Shown piece after piece: positions 1 to 13,129 of a stretch of 64,000 bases of DNA (its first letter is position 1; every line of letters begins with the position of its first letter). The stretch lies in the NCBI GenBank assembly GCA_002633005.1, contig NMRA01000708.1, forward strand, positions 62,001-126,000. Direction: 5' to 3'. Made by a program: the position numbers and the translations under genes. Under the pieces are notes generated by a model. That model saw only the letters and a list, made by a program, of their open reading frames with translations. It did not search any database and was not told the DNA's origin. The stretch is from Phoronis australis (Eukaryota; Animalia; Phoronida).

Positions 1-27
1 ATTACATACTTCCGCATTTGAGCCAAC

Positions 28-3000
28 ATGGATTTGTTTGAGTTTTGTCAGTCTTTGCCGAAAGTTGTAAGTATCGTGTGTGAACTTTTGTTCCACAAGA
101 CGAAGCCTTCATACTTTTGAGCAGTAGCCAGTCAATGACTGCCTTAAAAAAAATAACAATTGCAAAGACGTGAGGTTGCAATTCTTACCAATGACAATGT
201 TGTAGATAGATGTGCTTGCGGTGAAGACCGATTTATATCATTATTTATGAGCCTGTTTTATGGGGGTCGCTGGTTCGATTCTCCGGTCGGGTAATCTCGG
301 CTATTACTACAAATGACGTTGTCGGCAAACAGATGATCTACCGATGAAGCGCTGCCAACTAGCACCGCGGACCTCGGTATGGCGCGCATGGAAAGTTCCA
401 GGAGTCTCGGACCTGTATTTAGAGACTACATTGTGTTCACCTGTGTTGTGGTGGTAAATGTACCAAGGGATGTTGATGACCTGTATGCAAGACATCCTGT
501 TCACTTTCCTGGTGGCGTGCCTGTTCCGTCCCGTAGGAAAGGGGGAATGTTGTAGATGTGCTTCTGGTGAATCATATGAGCCTCTGTTAGCTACTCGCTA
601 ATGGACAATTGTCTATTAGCTGAATGGTTAGCACGCTTGTCGGTTTTATGGGGGTTACTGATTCGATTCCCGGGTGGGGTAATCTCGGCTATTACTACAC
701 CAAAATCAGCCTTTAATTTACATGAACATTTTTTTGAAGCTATACGCCTGATTCATGCAGACAAGAAGCGCTCTGCAAAACGAGGCTCACTACGATAGCT
801 CCGTTAATGGCTAATTGGCATAGTTGAGATTCGGAAGTGTTGGGTCAATGCCATATGCTGTGACGAAGGAAAATATTTCCGGGTAAAATTTATAAATGTT
901 TTTGAAAATTTGATCATATTTTGCATCGACCAGTGAATCTTCGGCCAGCCAGGCTGTGTTTTCGTGACAATGGGATGATGCATTCATTTCCAAAAGGACA
1001 GGGCCCTCAATCCCTCGATCTTGAGGCCGACTATGGGCCCTATTCCACTCTCAAAAAATATTTAAAAATCATGTGAAATTCTCCTCACGAGGCCTAAAAA
1101 TTCCCCTAAAGTGATTGAAAATTGCTCCTTAAAGTTCAGATCACTTGTAACCACACAGGTGACAATTTGAAAGAGCACAAAATGCTACTTGAGACAGAGC
1201 TTATGAGAGCTTGCAACAGGTGGGGGGTGCTATTGATGATGATAGGGACTCAGGGAGGTAGAATTTCCTCCTCACTTGACAGAAAAATTCCCCTCTCAGA
1301 AGGCGAAGACACCTTTCACCTCGGATGAATGAGGCCCCTGAAGGAACATGATAACTACACTTGTTCTGCCCATTTAATTGAAATAAAGCTCTGAAACGAG
1401 ATGGGTTATTTTTTCAGGTTATGCTTTGAACAAACTAACTAGGTGTTTTAATTTTAAAATTCTACTTGGTCCAGATTGACATTTGAAACCTAACACATAG
1501 ATGTACATGTAAGTATTATTAAAACCAAGAAAGCAGAATGGATGATCAAATAACTCTTAGCATCAATTACCAGCCTCTTTTTTACTTTAAATAATTTTAA
1601 TAACATCAATCATTCTTGCAGGTTATTGACAAATCAACTGTTAGCCCAGGTAGTTCCTAACTTACTACTAGGACCTAGGCTATGCTTGATGTTAATATTC
1701 TTGATCAACAAACCAGATGTGACTTGCACATGACAGCAAAATGTGATGAGCCACCACTGTCTTCATCTCATCAAAAATACGAGCAGATGACTTGGTTTAT
1801 GTAGAAAGCATTTCTGTCAACAATTTACTAGAAGAAACAACCCCGCATTCAGCATATACGTAATCTGTATAATAATTGCCGCAATTTGGTCATATAATTT
1901 ACTTTTCATGTTTCGAACCTAGTTTTCCGAAAAAAAATTATACCCTTTCATCAGACAACTCTTTACTTCATTGACTTGTTCTGTAAAGTATTTTTCTAGG
2001 TCTCTGTGGTTAATTGTTGACACATTTTTAAGATTTAATATCCAGGTTGGACACGAAAGACCAGCCATTTAACTCATGCAATGTCAACTTCTGCTTTGTT
2101 TATTGCAGTGAGCCTCATTTTGAATTGTAATGTCCGCATCCGTCCCGTGAATTAGAAGTATACATAGAACCATTAGGAGTTGGTGAAGAAACCAAGCGAT
2201 TTTACAATTCAAATTTAAGTTTAAACTATGTTTTTAACAAACTAAAAATTTCTTACTTCACAGTGAGTAAAATTGTACTGTCGTCATTTAAGGTATATGG
2301 TGCTAACATGTCTCAACTACAGTAGAAAGTTGTACTCCATGCCTCAAGTACACCAGAATCACCCTTATCTGAGTTTTCTTACACTCATTATCAAAAATTT
2401 GGATCGGCAAAAAGCCATTTGCATTCAATAGCAATACAGAATTTTGAATGATATTTTTCTTGTTTTCAGTTTTTGAAAACCGTTCAGTTTTGCATTCGAC
2501 TCATTGTAATGACATGAAGCCTCTGAATAAAGTGTTTGCACTTACATCAGTGCTGGGAGCTGATGTTTATACAATGTGCCGGTATATGACATATGAAACA
2601 CCTGGACTATGAAATCTTTTGACTGCAATAATGTTGCCTGGGGCTGAAATTCTTACCTGCAATTTCCCATCAATGACACTGGAAACAGTCCCATGTAAGC
2701 CTGACTGGAGTAAAAATCATCATCTGTCATGGTCAGATGTGCATGCTGCATACCACTAATTACATTCCCTAAATCTTTCTCGGTGCCTGCCTGTTATGGA
2801 TCTTGGTTCTGTTTGTAGGAACTGCATGCACACATAAATGGCTCCCTTAGCAAGGAGCTACTGAAGGAACTTCTGGAAGAACGTCGCCGTCAGACAGAAG
2901 ATGGATTGATCAAGCTATCACATGCTGTCATTGACGAGGGGGACACAAGGAGTTTGGACGAGTGAATTTTCTAGTCATACTTTAGTTTGTGAAGTTTGGC

Positions 3001-6000
3001 ATTTGTTCATCTGTTCTCAAGTAATTGTGATAGCTTGCAACGGTAGCTCCATGACCTGTTCAGATGACTAATTTGGCATTCTACAAATTACTAGCAGTTA
3101 ATGTGCTGATTTTTTATTTGTATTGTTAAATAGTTATCGTTCTAGGATAAACATAATTCTGTCCGTCTCTGATTTATAATCCCCCCGGTTGCATGTTGAC
3201 TCCTGGCTTATCTTATCTCTAGGGGCTTCGCAATGTTCAAGGTTGTTCATAAGGTAGTCAACTGTGAGAAAACTGTGTACAAGGTAATGATCAGATGTAA
3301 GTTATGCTGTATTATAACCATGCATGTCTTCATTCATTCAATTACTTACAGGTTCACCCAGCTGCGCAAAATCAGCAGCCGAACTGACCTGTGAAATATG
3401 TAGGGTTCACACACAAGTGCTCGAATTTCTTGAATTGATTCAGTGAATTTAGTTGTATAAGACCTGGAAACTCTTAAGTTATGGCGGATTCAAAAAAATC
3501 AATATCAATCCATGATTTTTCCTTATCGCAATCTACATTAAATTATTCAAAACCTACATTACTTGAAAAAGACTGTCAGAAATGACGATTTGGTAGGTTT
3601 CAAAGTAGATGGCTGCTTGCAGTACACAGTGGTGAACTTTTCCTGAAATTGATCAGTAAAACTCCTTCAGTTGATGCTTTGAGCCTCAAGCTGTATAATC
3701 CCAGGTTGTACACGTGAGCTCACTTTACTGTGACAGTGGATTGATTCAAGTGCTTCATATATTTTCTGTTTTACTTCTTGAGTAGTGGTGAATACTATAG
3801 ATAACATTGCTGTCCAGAAATTAATTAGATTTTAGGCAACAAGTTCAATCTGAAGCAGCAACTGCTGTTCATAATCAGCTTTTTCTATACATTTGGTGCT
3901 ATTAGTTTTAAGTCACCTAATCATTGTTCAAGTCTAAACTACTGTTTGACGGAAAAGAGAAATTATATGTGGCCTTTTTTCTTGACAAAAACATGAAGAA
4001 ATATAATTATGCTTCAGCCTTGTTTCCATTGTGCACTAGAGCTGTGATAAAACATCTCTTTATTTGTAGCGAAACTTCTCTGTCAAATACTTAAAGTGAC
4101 ATTGAAGAATATAGCAAAATTGGGAAAAGAACTGATTTTTGGGGAGTTTATTTTTCACGTGTTTTCAGATCCCATAGCTTTCTTCTGTAATACTGTGTCT
4201 GATCACAAATGATAACGTAATTGCATTTTTAAACTACAATACTGATAAGACTATGGACCTTTATATTTTGAAGTTTCCTGTGTTGAAGGTAACAAAGCAA
4301 GTTGTCAAAGACTTTGCTGATGATGGAGTGCTCTACCTAGAGTTACGAAGTACCCCTCGCGCAGTTCCCTCTACAGGCATGACTAAGCGAAGTTATGTTG
4401 ACTCAGTGGTTACTGCCATCAGGGACGCCATGATCAAGTATAAAATTATAGTCAGGTAAACATAGTTTTCAACACGTTTTTTTTCTTTGTAGTGTTGTGC
4501 TCAGTGTGGAACATTGTGTCTTCCCAATCGCAAAATAAAGCAAAACATTTGACATTCGCCATAATGTGAATCGGTTTGTCCTAATGTAATAGTCATGCAA
4601 CTGAAGTAGTGGCTTTTATAATAATGTGTCTTGTCATCCAAAGGTTTTTGTTGGCCATAGATCATCGAAATAGTATTGAGGAAGCTGAGGATACTGTGGA
4701 GCTGGCCGTTGAATTTATGAAGCAGTCGCCCATCGTAGTTGGCGTGGACCTGAGTGGTGACCTGTCGGTAGGTGGAGACTGTCAACTGGAAATGGGAATA
4801 ACCTTGCAACCGTAGTATCACACGCTAGCCAAATGGCCGCCACTGAAAATGATTGGATGTCTGTGCAGAAATTTTGAATTACAGGATTAAAGGGAATTGG
4901 TAGAATTCTCGCTATTCCCTTGCATTCTTAAAATCTGACCAAACTTAGTCAAGTTTACAGCTTATTTTTCTCCAAGCTTGAATTCCATTGCTCCTTGCTA
5001 AACCATCGCTTTGTTAGATTGAAAAAAGCTATTCTTCACTAAGGCAAATCAGTCTTATCAAAAATCTTTTAAATTAAAAGTTTGCTGATACAGTCACCTT
5101 AGTTTGTGAATGTGGTGTTCCGAGCTTGGAAATCTTGTAACCAATACTGTGCAAGCCTGAATAAGAGTGCAGTTGAGTAACATAATTCAACCTGACCATC
5201 TTTTATGAATTTTGTCAACAGTTGAGTAACATAATTCAGCCTTACCATCTTTTATGAATTTTGTCAACAGCTGAGTAACATAATTCAGCTGACCATCTTT
5301 TATGAATTTTGTCAACAGTTGAGTAACATAATTCAGCCTGACCATCTTTTATGAATTTTGTCAACAGTTGAGTAACATAATTCAGCCTGACCATCTTTTA
5401 TGAATTTTGTCAACAGTTGAGTAACATAATTCAGCCTGACCATCTTTTATGAATTTTGTCAACAAGCAAAGATTGTTCCTTATCTAATGGTGAACAAAAT
5501 TAACAAATTCCACTCTCTTCACACGCTTGGGGGTACACTGGCTATGTTGTCATGGTAACTGTGGAAGCTTGATATGAAATATTGAATCATATAGGTCCCA
5601 AAACCTTGTTTAATATTGTCCAAGCTTGAATAAGGCTGCATATTTCTTAGTTTGATTGATCTTGTCAGCAAAGATTACTCGATGTAGTAAACCAAGATTT
5701 CTCATAACGCACTAAATCTCATTTCCTAACTGGTTGGGATTACATTAACCACTTGCTTCATCGGCTGGTCTTTGGGGATTAGGGAACTGAGATGAGTGTT
5801 TGTGATAAGCATTGCCTGTATGTAATAACATTCCTTACCACCCATTTTAGACACTGCAGACTATAAAAACTAATAGCTAACATTGCAAATTTATTATCGC
5901 CTGATTTCTTTAAACCCCATGCAGCAATGAATTGGTGATTAAGTCGAAATTCCTAACTTTTGTAGAATAAATTATGTTAATGGTGATAAACAAGCTACAA

Positions 6001-9000
6001 AAGCAGCAGTTGTGGTTTATATTATAACTCAGACTGTAAAATTAGAAATACCTTCTTGAAGTTCTAAAGGACATCCAAATTGTATTTCACAGAAAAAGTG
6101 CTTTTAAAGGTGGCACTTTGTGTTGTTTAAAGGACAAAACTCATATTATGAACAAAATGAGAAAGAGTTAAGGATGCTCTCATAGGATTTTGCTGTTCTG
6201 TAAAATTTATTTTATTGTATATAATGTATGCTTGTATTACAAGTACAGTTGCTGCATATTTATCTATGACAATTCAATATACATTCCGTTGACATTTCAG
6301 GTGAGTGACGCTCGACAGTTTATTCCAGTTTTCAAAAGTGCCAAAGAAAGAGGACTGAGATTAGCATTCCACCTTGCGGAGGTAAATTTAGTTCATATGT
6401 ATGAGCCCACAAGTTGTCACAAACTACGAGTGATCAAGAATCAATTTACACATGCCCCACTCTTACTGAGAACATCGTCATTTTTAAGCAACAAAAATAT
6501 TAAAGTTTTCTCGAAAACATTTTTAAGTCTGGTATGCATGCTACCTGTTGACCACATCACTTGACCAGTGAAATGCTTTTTCAATTCATTGCATTGCGAT
6601 AAAACATTTTGTTCTTGTAACGTAAAAGTTTTAAAAAAAATAGAAAACCAGATGCAGCTTTATATAGGTGTTCCAAACATTGCTGGTGTTTTTCAATCGT
6701 GGTCACTGCTCCCTGAGTGTTCATATTCATGTAATAGGAGAACACAGTGAAGCGTGGATAAAGTGAATTTTGTATTCATGCCGTACATTCTTTGTCTCGA
6801 TTGTCATAGCCTGATCTGGGCCAACTTTTTTGTGGGTAATGGTGATGGTGATGGTGATGGTGATGGTGATGGTGATGGTGATGGGCGGAGATGCTTCATA
6901 TGCCACGCTATCCTTGGTTGCATTGTGTTGTGTGTTGCCACACATTTTTTTGATGACTGATAAACTTTCCGTCGCCAAATATTAATCTTTGCCCAGCTGT
7001 AGTATTTTCTCAAATACAGAGCTGGAAACTCTGTATAATAGATAAGGAACTTTGTATTAATTTTGACTCAGTTTTTAGAAGTTTTTATTTCATTATTTAT
7101 TGTTCTTTAGTTACCAGGACGTAATGATGAAGTGATGGAGATGCTAAAACTGTTACCTGACCGTGTCGGTCACGCTACCTTTCTACATCCTGCTAGAGGG
7201 GGTACTAATGAACTCGTCGATATTGTAACAGCGAATAAAATCCCACTAGGTAAGCTTTCTCTTTAGCATTTTAGAATACCATTGATCAGAAAAGATGGAA
7301 AAGTTACCTCAGAGTTAGCCAGTGAGCTGGCTATATGTAAATTAGCCAGCCAGCCAGCTTCATGCAGACTGGCATCATAATACAGCTAGGTAACGATGCG
7401 TGTAAAATCTATATAGACGTTGAAATTACACACTGTCCAGGTTGTTCTGCTTGTCACCTCACTGTAAAACTTATATCAACATGTAAAACTCTTGACCATC
7501 AGGGTGCATGCAAAATTGTGGAGTCGAGCGACACTTGCCCATTACAGCCCAAGTGAAAAATGATCTAATCAACATCGTTTTCTTGCACCACTCTCTGGCT
7601 TTTGTAACAAAGCAAAGTCTGATTTTTGCAACATCATTCAAGAGATGTTGACAACATTAAAGCTGACAATAAATTCCAAAAACTTACAATTACGAATTGA
7701 AACCAGTTTATTGTGATAGTATGCACTGTTGCGTTTGAAGAATCAGTGAATAGAAATTGGCCAAACGGTGGTGCTCTGTTTCATGCCACTGAAATCCAGT
7801 GCATCTTTACTTAAGGGCTGTTCCAGCAAAATCTGTATGGGAGGGGGGATTTTCATGAGGCCAAAGTGCGAGTGTATAGACTTACTTGACGCAGCAAACG
7901 AGGTTCATGACACACCTGTATAAAACGCATAAAATTTGATATATAATACCGCATATTATCGATTTAACCCATTTTTCTTTGCCAACTCTGTTTTATTTGC
8001 CTTATATTCGTGTCACATGACCATACAATGATATCCTTGTGTTATTGCATGGTCAAATAACATGGTTATTGCATGGGCACATCGAAGCATTTGTGGTATA
8101 AATTGTGATATCAGACAACTTCTTTTTTCTGTTTATATTTTTATGAATCTAGGCATAATCAGACATCAATGTGCTTTGTGAGTCTCATTAAACAGATGAC
8201 TGCCACAAGACTGGATGCACTTTGTAAACAGTACGAGAGTTGGTTCACCTCTGCCCTATCAGACTGGCACAGGATATTATTCACGAGAATAAGGAACTTG
8301 TATCTTGTTATTCATTTAATGAATAGTGGTGTTGTTTTTGCGTATTTTCCACCAAAAGCAGAATGTTGGTTTTTGGACAGATTCTGTTCTCTTTCAAACC
8401 AGTATCACAGAAGATGTGAGTTCCTTTTTTAAAAAAGCAAGTTATCGCTAATTAACTTTTCTTGATTAAAATTGAAAAACTCCATGCATATTTTATGATA
8501 ATCAAATTGTGAATCATTGAAAGTAATAGGTGCTTTAAAAAAAATGATCTATGTAAGAAACTTATAATAAAATTAATGCCACTTTGCTTTCTTCCAGAAA
8601 TGTGTCTAACATCCAACGTCAAGACGAGATCAGTGGATACATACGACCAACATCAGTTCAAGTTTTGGTATGACCGTGCACATCCTTGTGTCATTTGTGT
8701 AAGAAGTTTGTTTAGTAATGTATTTATCTCCTCGTCTTGTGCATTTCAGGTTATTTTGTATTATTCTCCAACACAAGCAACAAGTATTGAGTGCTATCTG
8801 ATTCACTGTATGATTTCATCCTGAGACGACTTAACGGTCGTAGAAAGGCCCGTCATATTTTGTTGAGTGAAAGCCGTAGGCTAAGTATAAAATTTGGAAA
8901 ATCAATTTTAAGCTTTGTCATTTTATGAAAAAATGATTAAACAAAATTTCACTGTAGGCCATGTTGTGTCCTTAATTGTTGAGATTTCACCGTGTGTTTA

Positions 9001-9603
9001 CCAGGAATAATAAAAGGATTAAGTGAAATTTTTTGGAGACAGTTTCAGGCAAGGATTGGCAGACACATACTGAACATATCTCATCAGTTAGGTGTTGTTA
9101 AGAATATAAGCTACTAACAGTGTTTAGCTATTTCATATATTCCGCAGGACCCTTTATTATTTTATTAATGTAATATTTACAATGAGGGTAGCCCTATCAG
9201 TTCACACTGCTTTTCATGGGGGCCCTCCTCTGCTGTGTCGAAAGAGTTCCCTCTCCTGGTAAATAGAACCGAACTACTTTTTCGGAACTTAAAACGACTA
9301 CGACTGTTTCTTAAATTTGTTACATGCACCAACCTCTAGCAAAGTGATTAATTTTTCATTGTATTAACCGGTCCAGAGAATTTTTACCATGTGTTTGTTG
9401 ATTTTTTTCAGACTGATGACAAAGGAGTATTCTCCACAACTCTGACAAACGAGTTGTCGATAGCAGCTGAAACATTCAAGTTAACTAAGTCGCAACTGTG
9501 GGATCTATCATTTCAAGCCATTAACTTTGCACTGGCTGAGGATAGTATAAAACAGCAACTTAGGCAAAAGTTTTTGGAAATTAAGAAATCTTTAGAAATA
9601 TAG
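28..9603 (+). CDS. ADAL: Adenosine deaminase-like protein (N6-methyl-AMP deaminase), 9 exons, about 348 aa
   Basis: Exons 28-66, 2819-2961, 3223-3283, 4289-4455, 4644-4767, 6301-6381, 7111-7249, 8598-8698, 9412-9603. All introns GT-AG; phases sum to 1047 nt. Motifs LPKVELHAHINGS, DGVLYLELRSTPR, GVDLSGD, HLAE, RVGH, EMCLTSN and CTDDKGVF are characteristic of ADAL/MAPDA rather than ADA. Confidence 0.93.
198..699 (+). mobile_element. Miniature non-autonomous LTR retroelement (TRIM) with tRNA-like LTRs, Helenus-like
   Basis: Direct repeats 198-311 and 548-699, both TGTTGTAG...TACTACA. PBS-like TGACGTTGTCGGCA at 314-327; polypurine tract AGGAAAGGGGGAA at 535-547. Flanks ACAA/CCAA (3/4 match TSD). 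A box TAGCTGAATGG (617-627) and B box GATTCGATTCC (660-670) lie inside the 3' LTR. Confidence 0.75.
999..1340. mobile_element. Non-autonomous TIR element (MITE), hAT-like CAGGG termini, 5-bp TSD
   Basis: Termini CAGGGCCCTCA / TGAGGCCCCTG; perfect AAGGA duplication on both flanks (994-998, 1341-1345). Confidence 0.7.
5170..5464. repeat. Minisatellite, about 6 copies of a 49-bp unit
   Basis: CAGTTGAGTAACATAATTCAGCCTGACCATCTTTTATGAATTTTGTCAA repeated head-to-tail with few substitutions, in ADAL intron 5. Confidence 0.95.
6841..6884. repeat. (GGTGAT)7 microsatellite
   Basis: Directly visible; it produces the spurious GD/SP/IT repeat ORFs in the ORF track. Confidence 0.95.
9153..9227 (-). mobile_element. 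3' end fragment of a non-LTR retroposon (second copy at 27253-27330, +)
   Basis: Reverse complement of GAGGGCCCCCATGGAAAGCAGTGTGAACTG...TACCCTCATTGTAAATAT followed by an (AATA)n tail. Confidence 0.55.
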
Positions 9604-10070
9604 ATTTTGTAGTTTCAAATGGTCGCTGAATTTCTTATACGTAACATACAAAATTATGTCATTGATTCGTTGATGGGAAATTTGCAAATTGTTGTTTCCT
9701 AACATTGAAACCAAGCAGCAACAATAGACCTTATATAAATAAGTAACGCATGGTTGATTTTTCCCCACATCTGATGGACATATGTTGGGTATTTGAGAAT
9801 GTGTCAAAAACAAGATCTTGAAAGAACTCGCAAAATCAAGCAAGCGAGTATGCTTTGAAGCTCACTAGCCTGTCATAGGAAAATGGTGGTCCCTGAAGGG
9901 ATTGGATGGTGTTGCATTGTGGGATTGAATTAATTATGGGATAAAATACGTTATGGGGTGGAGTATGTTGATTATGGGATTTAGTACATTGTTTCTGTTC
10001 CATAAGTGAAGGTTTTTCGTTGCCAGTGCAAGCTAATGTCTTGTGGTGTGCAGAACTCCACTCAGGTTTG

Positions 10071-10156
10071 TGCAGTCACAATATGAACTATGGTACCAAT
10101 AGCCACCCATACATGCAGTCACAATATGAACTAGGGCACCAATAGCCACCCATACA
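10071..10156. repeat. Tandem duplication, 2 x 43 bp
   Basis: TGCAGTCACAATATGAACTA...CCAATAGCCACCCATACA occurs twice, downstream of the ADAL stop. Confidence 0.85.
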
Positions 10157-13129
10157 TGCATGTACTTAGTCCTGTGTGCCAAAAGATGGAGCTGCAATAA
10201 AACCCAAGTTTAGCACTTGCCAATACACAAACTTCTGTAAGAGTGAAACCACCGAACCAGTTTAATAGCTTGTGGGTGAAGATTGAATACCCATAACACT
10301 TGATGTTGGCAAGATTTCAAAACATTTTAGAATTAGTATAGAAGAGCACATTTTTCAAGATCCATAGAGGATTGTAGGACTTTTAAGTTTCCCTGTTCAG
10401 CTTTTGCTTCTTCTAACGATTCTTTCCCAGTGTTCCCCGATTTACCACGCGTTCATTTTCGTACTCTGCAAATGCGGTTTTTGTCAATGACCAAGCCACA
10501 TCACACAGATTTGTCCCATACTCAAAGGCCTATAGTGAACTGAAGCCCCACGTTATCTACTAGGGCATCTGGATGTTTGACCATTCAAGATGAGCAACCT
10601 CGATGAAATCTTACCATTTTGCGTAATTAAGACTCGATTTGGAAGACCAGCAAAATTCAATTTTGCAACTTATCGAGTGTTACATGTTCAAGTTCTGTAC
10701 TCTTTTCAATATATTTACCATCCTGCAATTACAAAGATTGTGGGCTTTCTTAATCGCATTAGGAGGCCATAGAAAACAAAATGAAGACTGGCCAAATTGT
10801 CCGAAATTGGCAGGAACAACTTCAAGTAGAAAGTTTTTAGCACAATGAAACAAAAAGATGAGTGTATGAAAGTACAGTTTATTTTTCAAGTCAACAAAAA
10901 TGTGTTAACAAAATATGAGCACCTGTAGGCAGAACAAAGAATGTTATATCACTATGGAAACCGTAAACACTTCATTACACTACAGAGATGCAAACTGTAG
11001 ACAGTGATCAACAACTGTTCAACAGTTAGTTTTCCTATCCAAACAAAATAAACAACAGTTTATTAAGGTGTTAAAACAAAAATTCATTTCGACAACTTAA
11101 TGGCCAGTTCCATTCACGAAACAAAAGATAATGCCAAACTGAAATGAGTAATCTGAACGTACTGTTAGAATTGTAACCAACCTGATTTTTACCAAAACTA
11201 CAAAGTAAACAAAAACATTTTTGCAGACCATTTTGGACACGAGTGCATCTTTAAGAATGCAAGAGACCTCTATGACAGGTTCAGCAAAAGGCCTTGATTC
11301 AAAACCATTCATCTTCATGCACATTTAACACTTCATAGATAGGAACAGGTAAGGCAATGACTTGTGAGGTGTAAGTATTCAATGAAGCCTTACCTTTAGT
11401 ACCACTATCAAACAAATTTTGAAAAAAAACATCGTGTTTAATATAATTTTCATAACACTAAGATTTTTAGGCAATTCTTTTAACGGGCAAAAATTCATTT
11501 TCTTTAAATAATTGCACAATTTTCATTACAACTATGACAAAGCTAGAGGCTTTTCATTATCACTTGTCAACTTTGTCCAGATCTATACCAAAAGAGTAGA
11601 GTCCTCAATTTCCCTACACTATCCCTCAACATGATTTGAATGCCAGTAATTGCTTCACGAAGACCAGACATTACCTCAGACATCATGCAGGCTATGGCAG
11701 ATATCCATGAATACTACATGAATGGTACACACAGTACCATTACTTGAAACTGGTATACAGAAACTGAAATAATTGTCTGCCCCAAGTTCTCAATCACCCT
11801 CCTTGCAGTTCTCAGTAGTAACTTAATGAACTTTAAATTACAGGAAAATACAAGTTTTTTCAACGGTTTCCAACTTTACGTCAAACTTTAAACGACAGGA
11901 AGCCGTGCAAGATGTTCATTAGCAATACAATACATGAGAAAACACACAGTGCAGTTCTTGAAGCTTATCGGAAGGAACTTACAACTTTATCAAACCATGT
12001 ATCATGGTCATTGCCAGTATCACCCCTCACTTACATGTACCACGCTAATTCAGTCTTAAGAATTACTGTATATGTGCGAATCTCAGGCTTATCTTATAGG
12101 CTCATGTGCCTATAATTGAGAACAATGTTTTTTATAGGCACATGCCCCTAATGCCCTAGCGAGTACGGGCAGCTATCCCTTGCACCCTTTAAATTGGGTT
12201 CTATTCATGTTTTTGTCCATTCTTAACATTCTTCATTAAATTGAATGCGCGTAATGTTTACCAATTTGCATTGGAAAGGTCAAGTTTCACTCACATACTG
12301 TAGAAACTCTGCTTTACCCAAGAGTGCCACATAGCGACTCATGCACCCAATTCCAGATATATGCACAGCTTCACAATATTGGCGCGTGGGTCTAAATACG
12401 CGCATATACAATAATCCAAGTTCCGAGGAGAACACAGTTTTGTCTGTCCCCCACATATTGCAATACACAAATAGTACATCCCATTACATGATGTTATAAA
12501 GATTACAAACCGTTAATAGTCCGACATAACATTTCTGTATCTTGATAACCAGTTTTCTGCATTGAATAACGGGCATAGAACTGGTTCTCAAAATGTGTGC
12601 ATGTTATATCTGACTATTGCCAGCAAACCTGTTCTTGAAAACATGACCTTTAAACATTTAGAACCTACAACAGCAGTACTACAGCTATATGTAGTTTCCA
12701 AACTGAAACGGACGGGTAATGAAACGAAAGTTTTAAAATAACGCTGTTCAAGAACTTGAGCCAGAGATTCATTAGACACTATTGTGGTCCAGCCCATAAT
12801 AATTTTCACTGGCCAATGCAGATGGGAAGAATTTTAGCATGCAGGTGGATTGCAAAATGAGTTCAGATTTGTAAAAATTTACCAATTAAAGCAACACTTT
12901 CTTAATGCACTTTCGCACATCACATTTTGCTACTGTCTCATTAATTTTGAAAACTACTATAACACCGTGCATATTTGAACAGACATATCCAAACAGCAAA
13001 AATGTAGCAGTCGACTTGGCATCTGGCAAAGACATAACGGCGTTTGAAATTTTAATTAACAAAACGCCATTGCATCCCACACATCAAACTTCAATCCGGC
13101 TAATGAGTTGTCATTTCTACAAGTCCCTT

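Noticed and set aside
611-680. tRNA gene
   Set aside because: A and B boxes are present but there is no closable cloverleaf; it lies inside an LTR. The same applies to the SINE heads near 18185-18253 and 54792-54860.
5170-5464. CRISPR-like regular repeats
   Set aside because: Units are contiguous with no unique spacers, in a eukaryotic intron; this is a minisatellite.
6727-7013. ORFs with GD/SP/IT dipeptide repeats
   Set aside because: Translation of the (GGTGAT)n microsatellite in ADAL intron 6.
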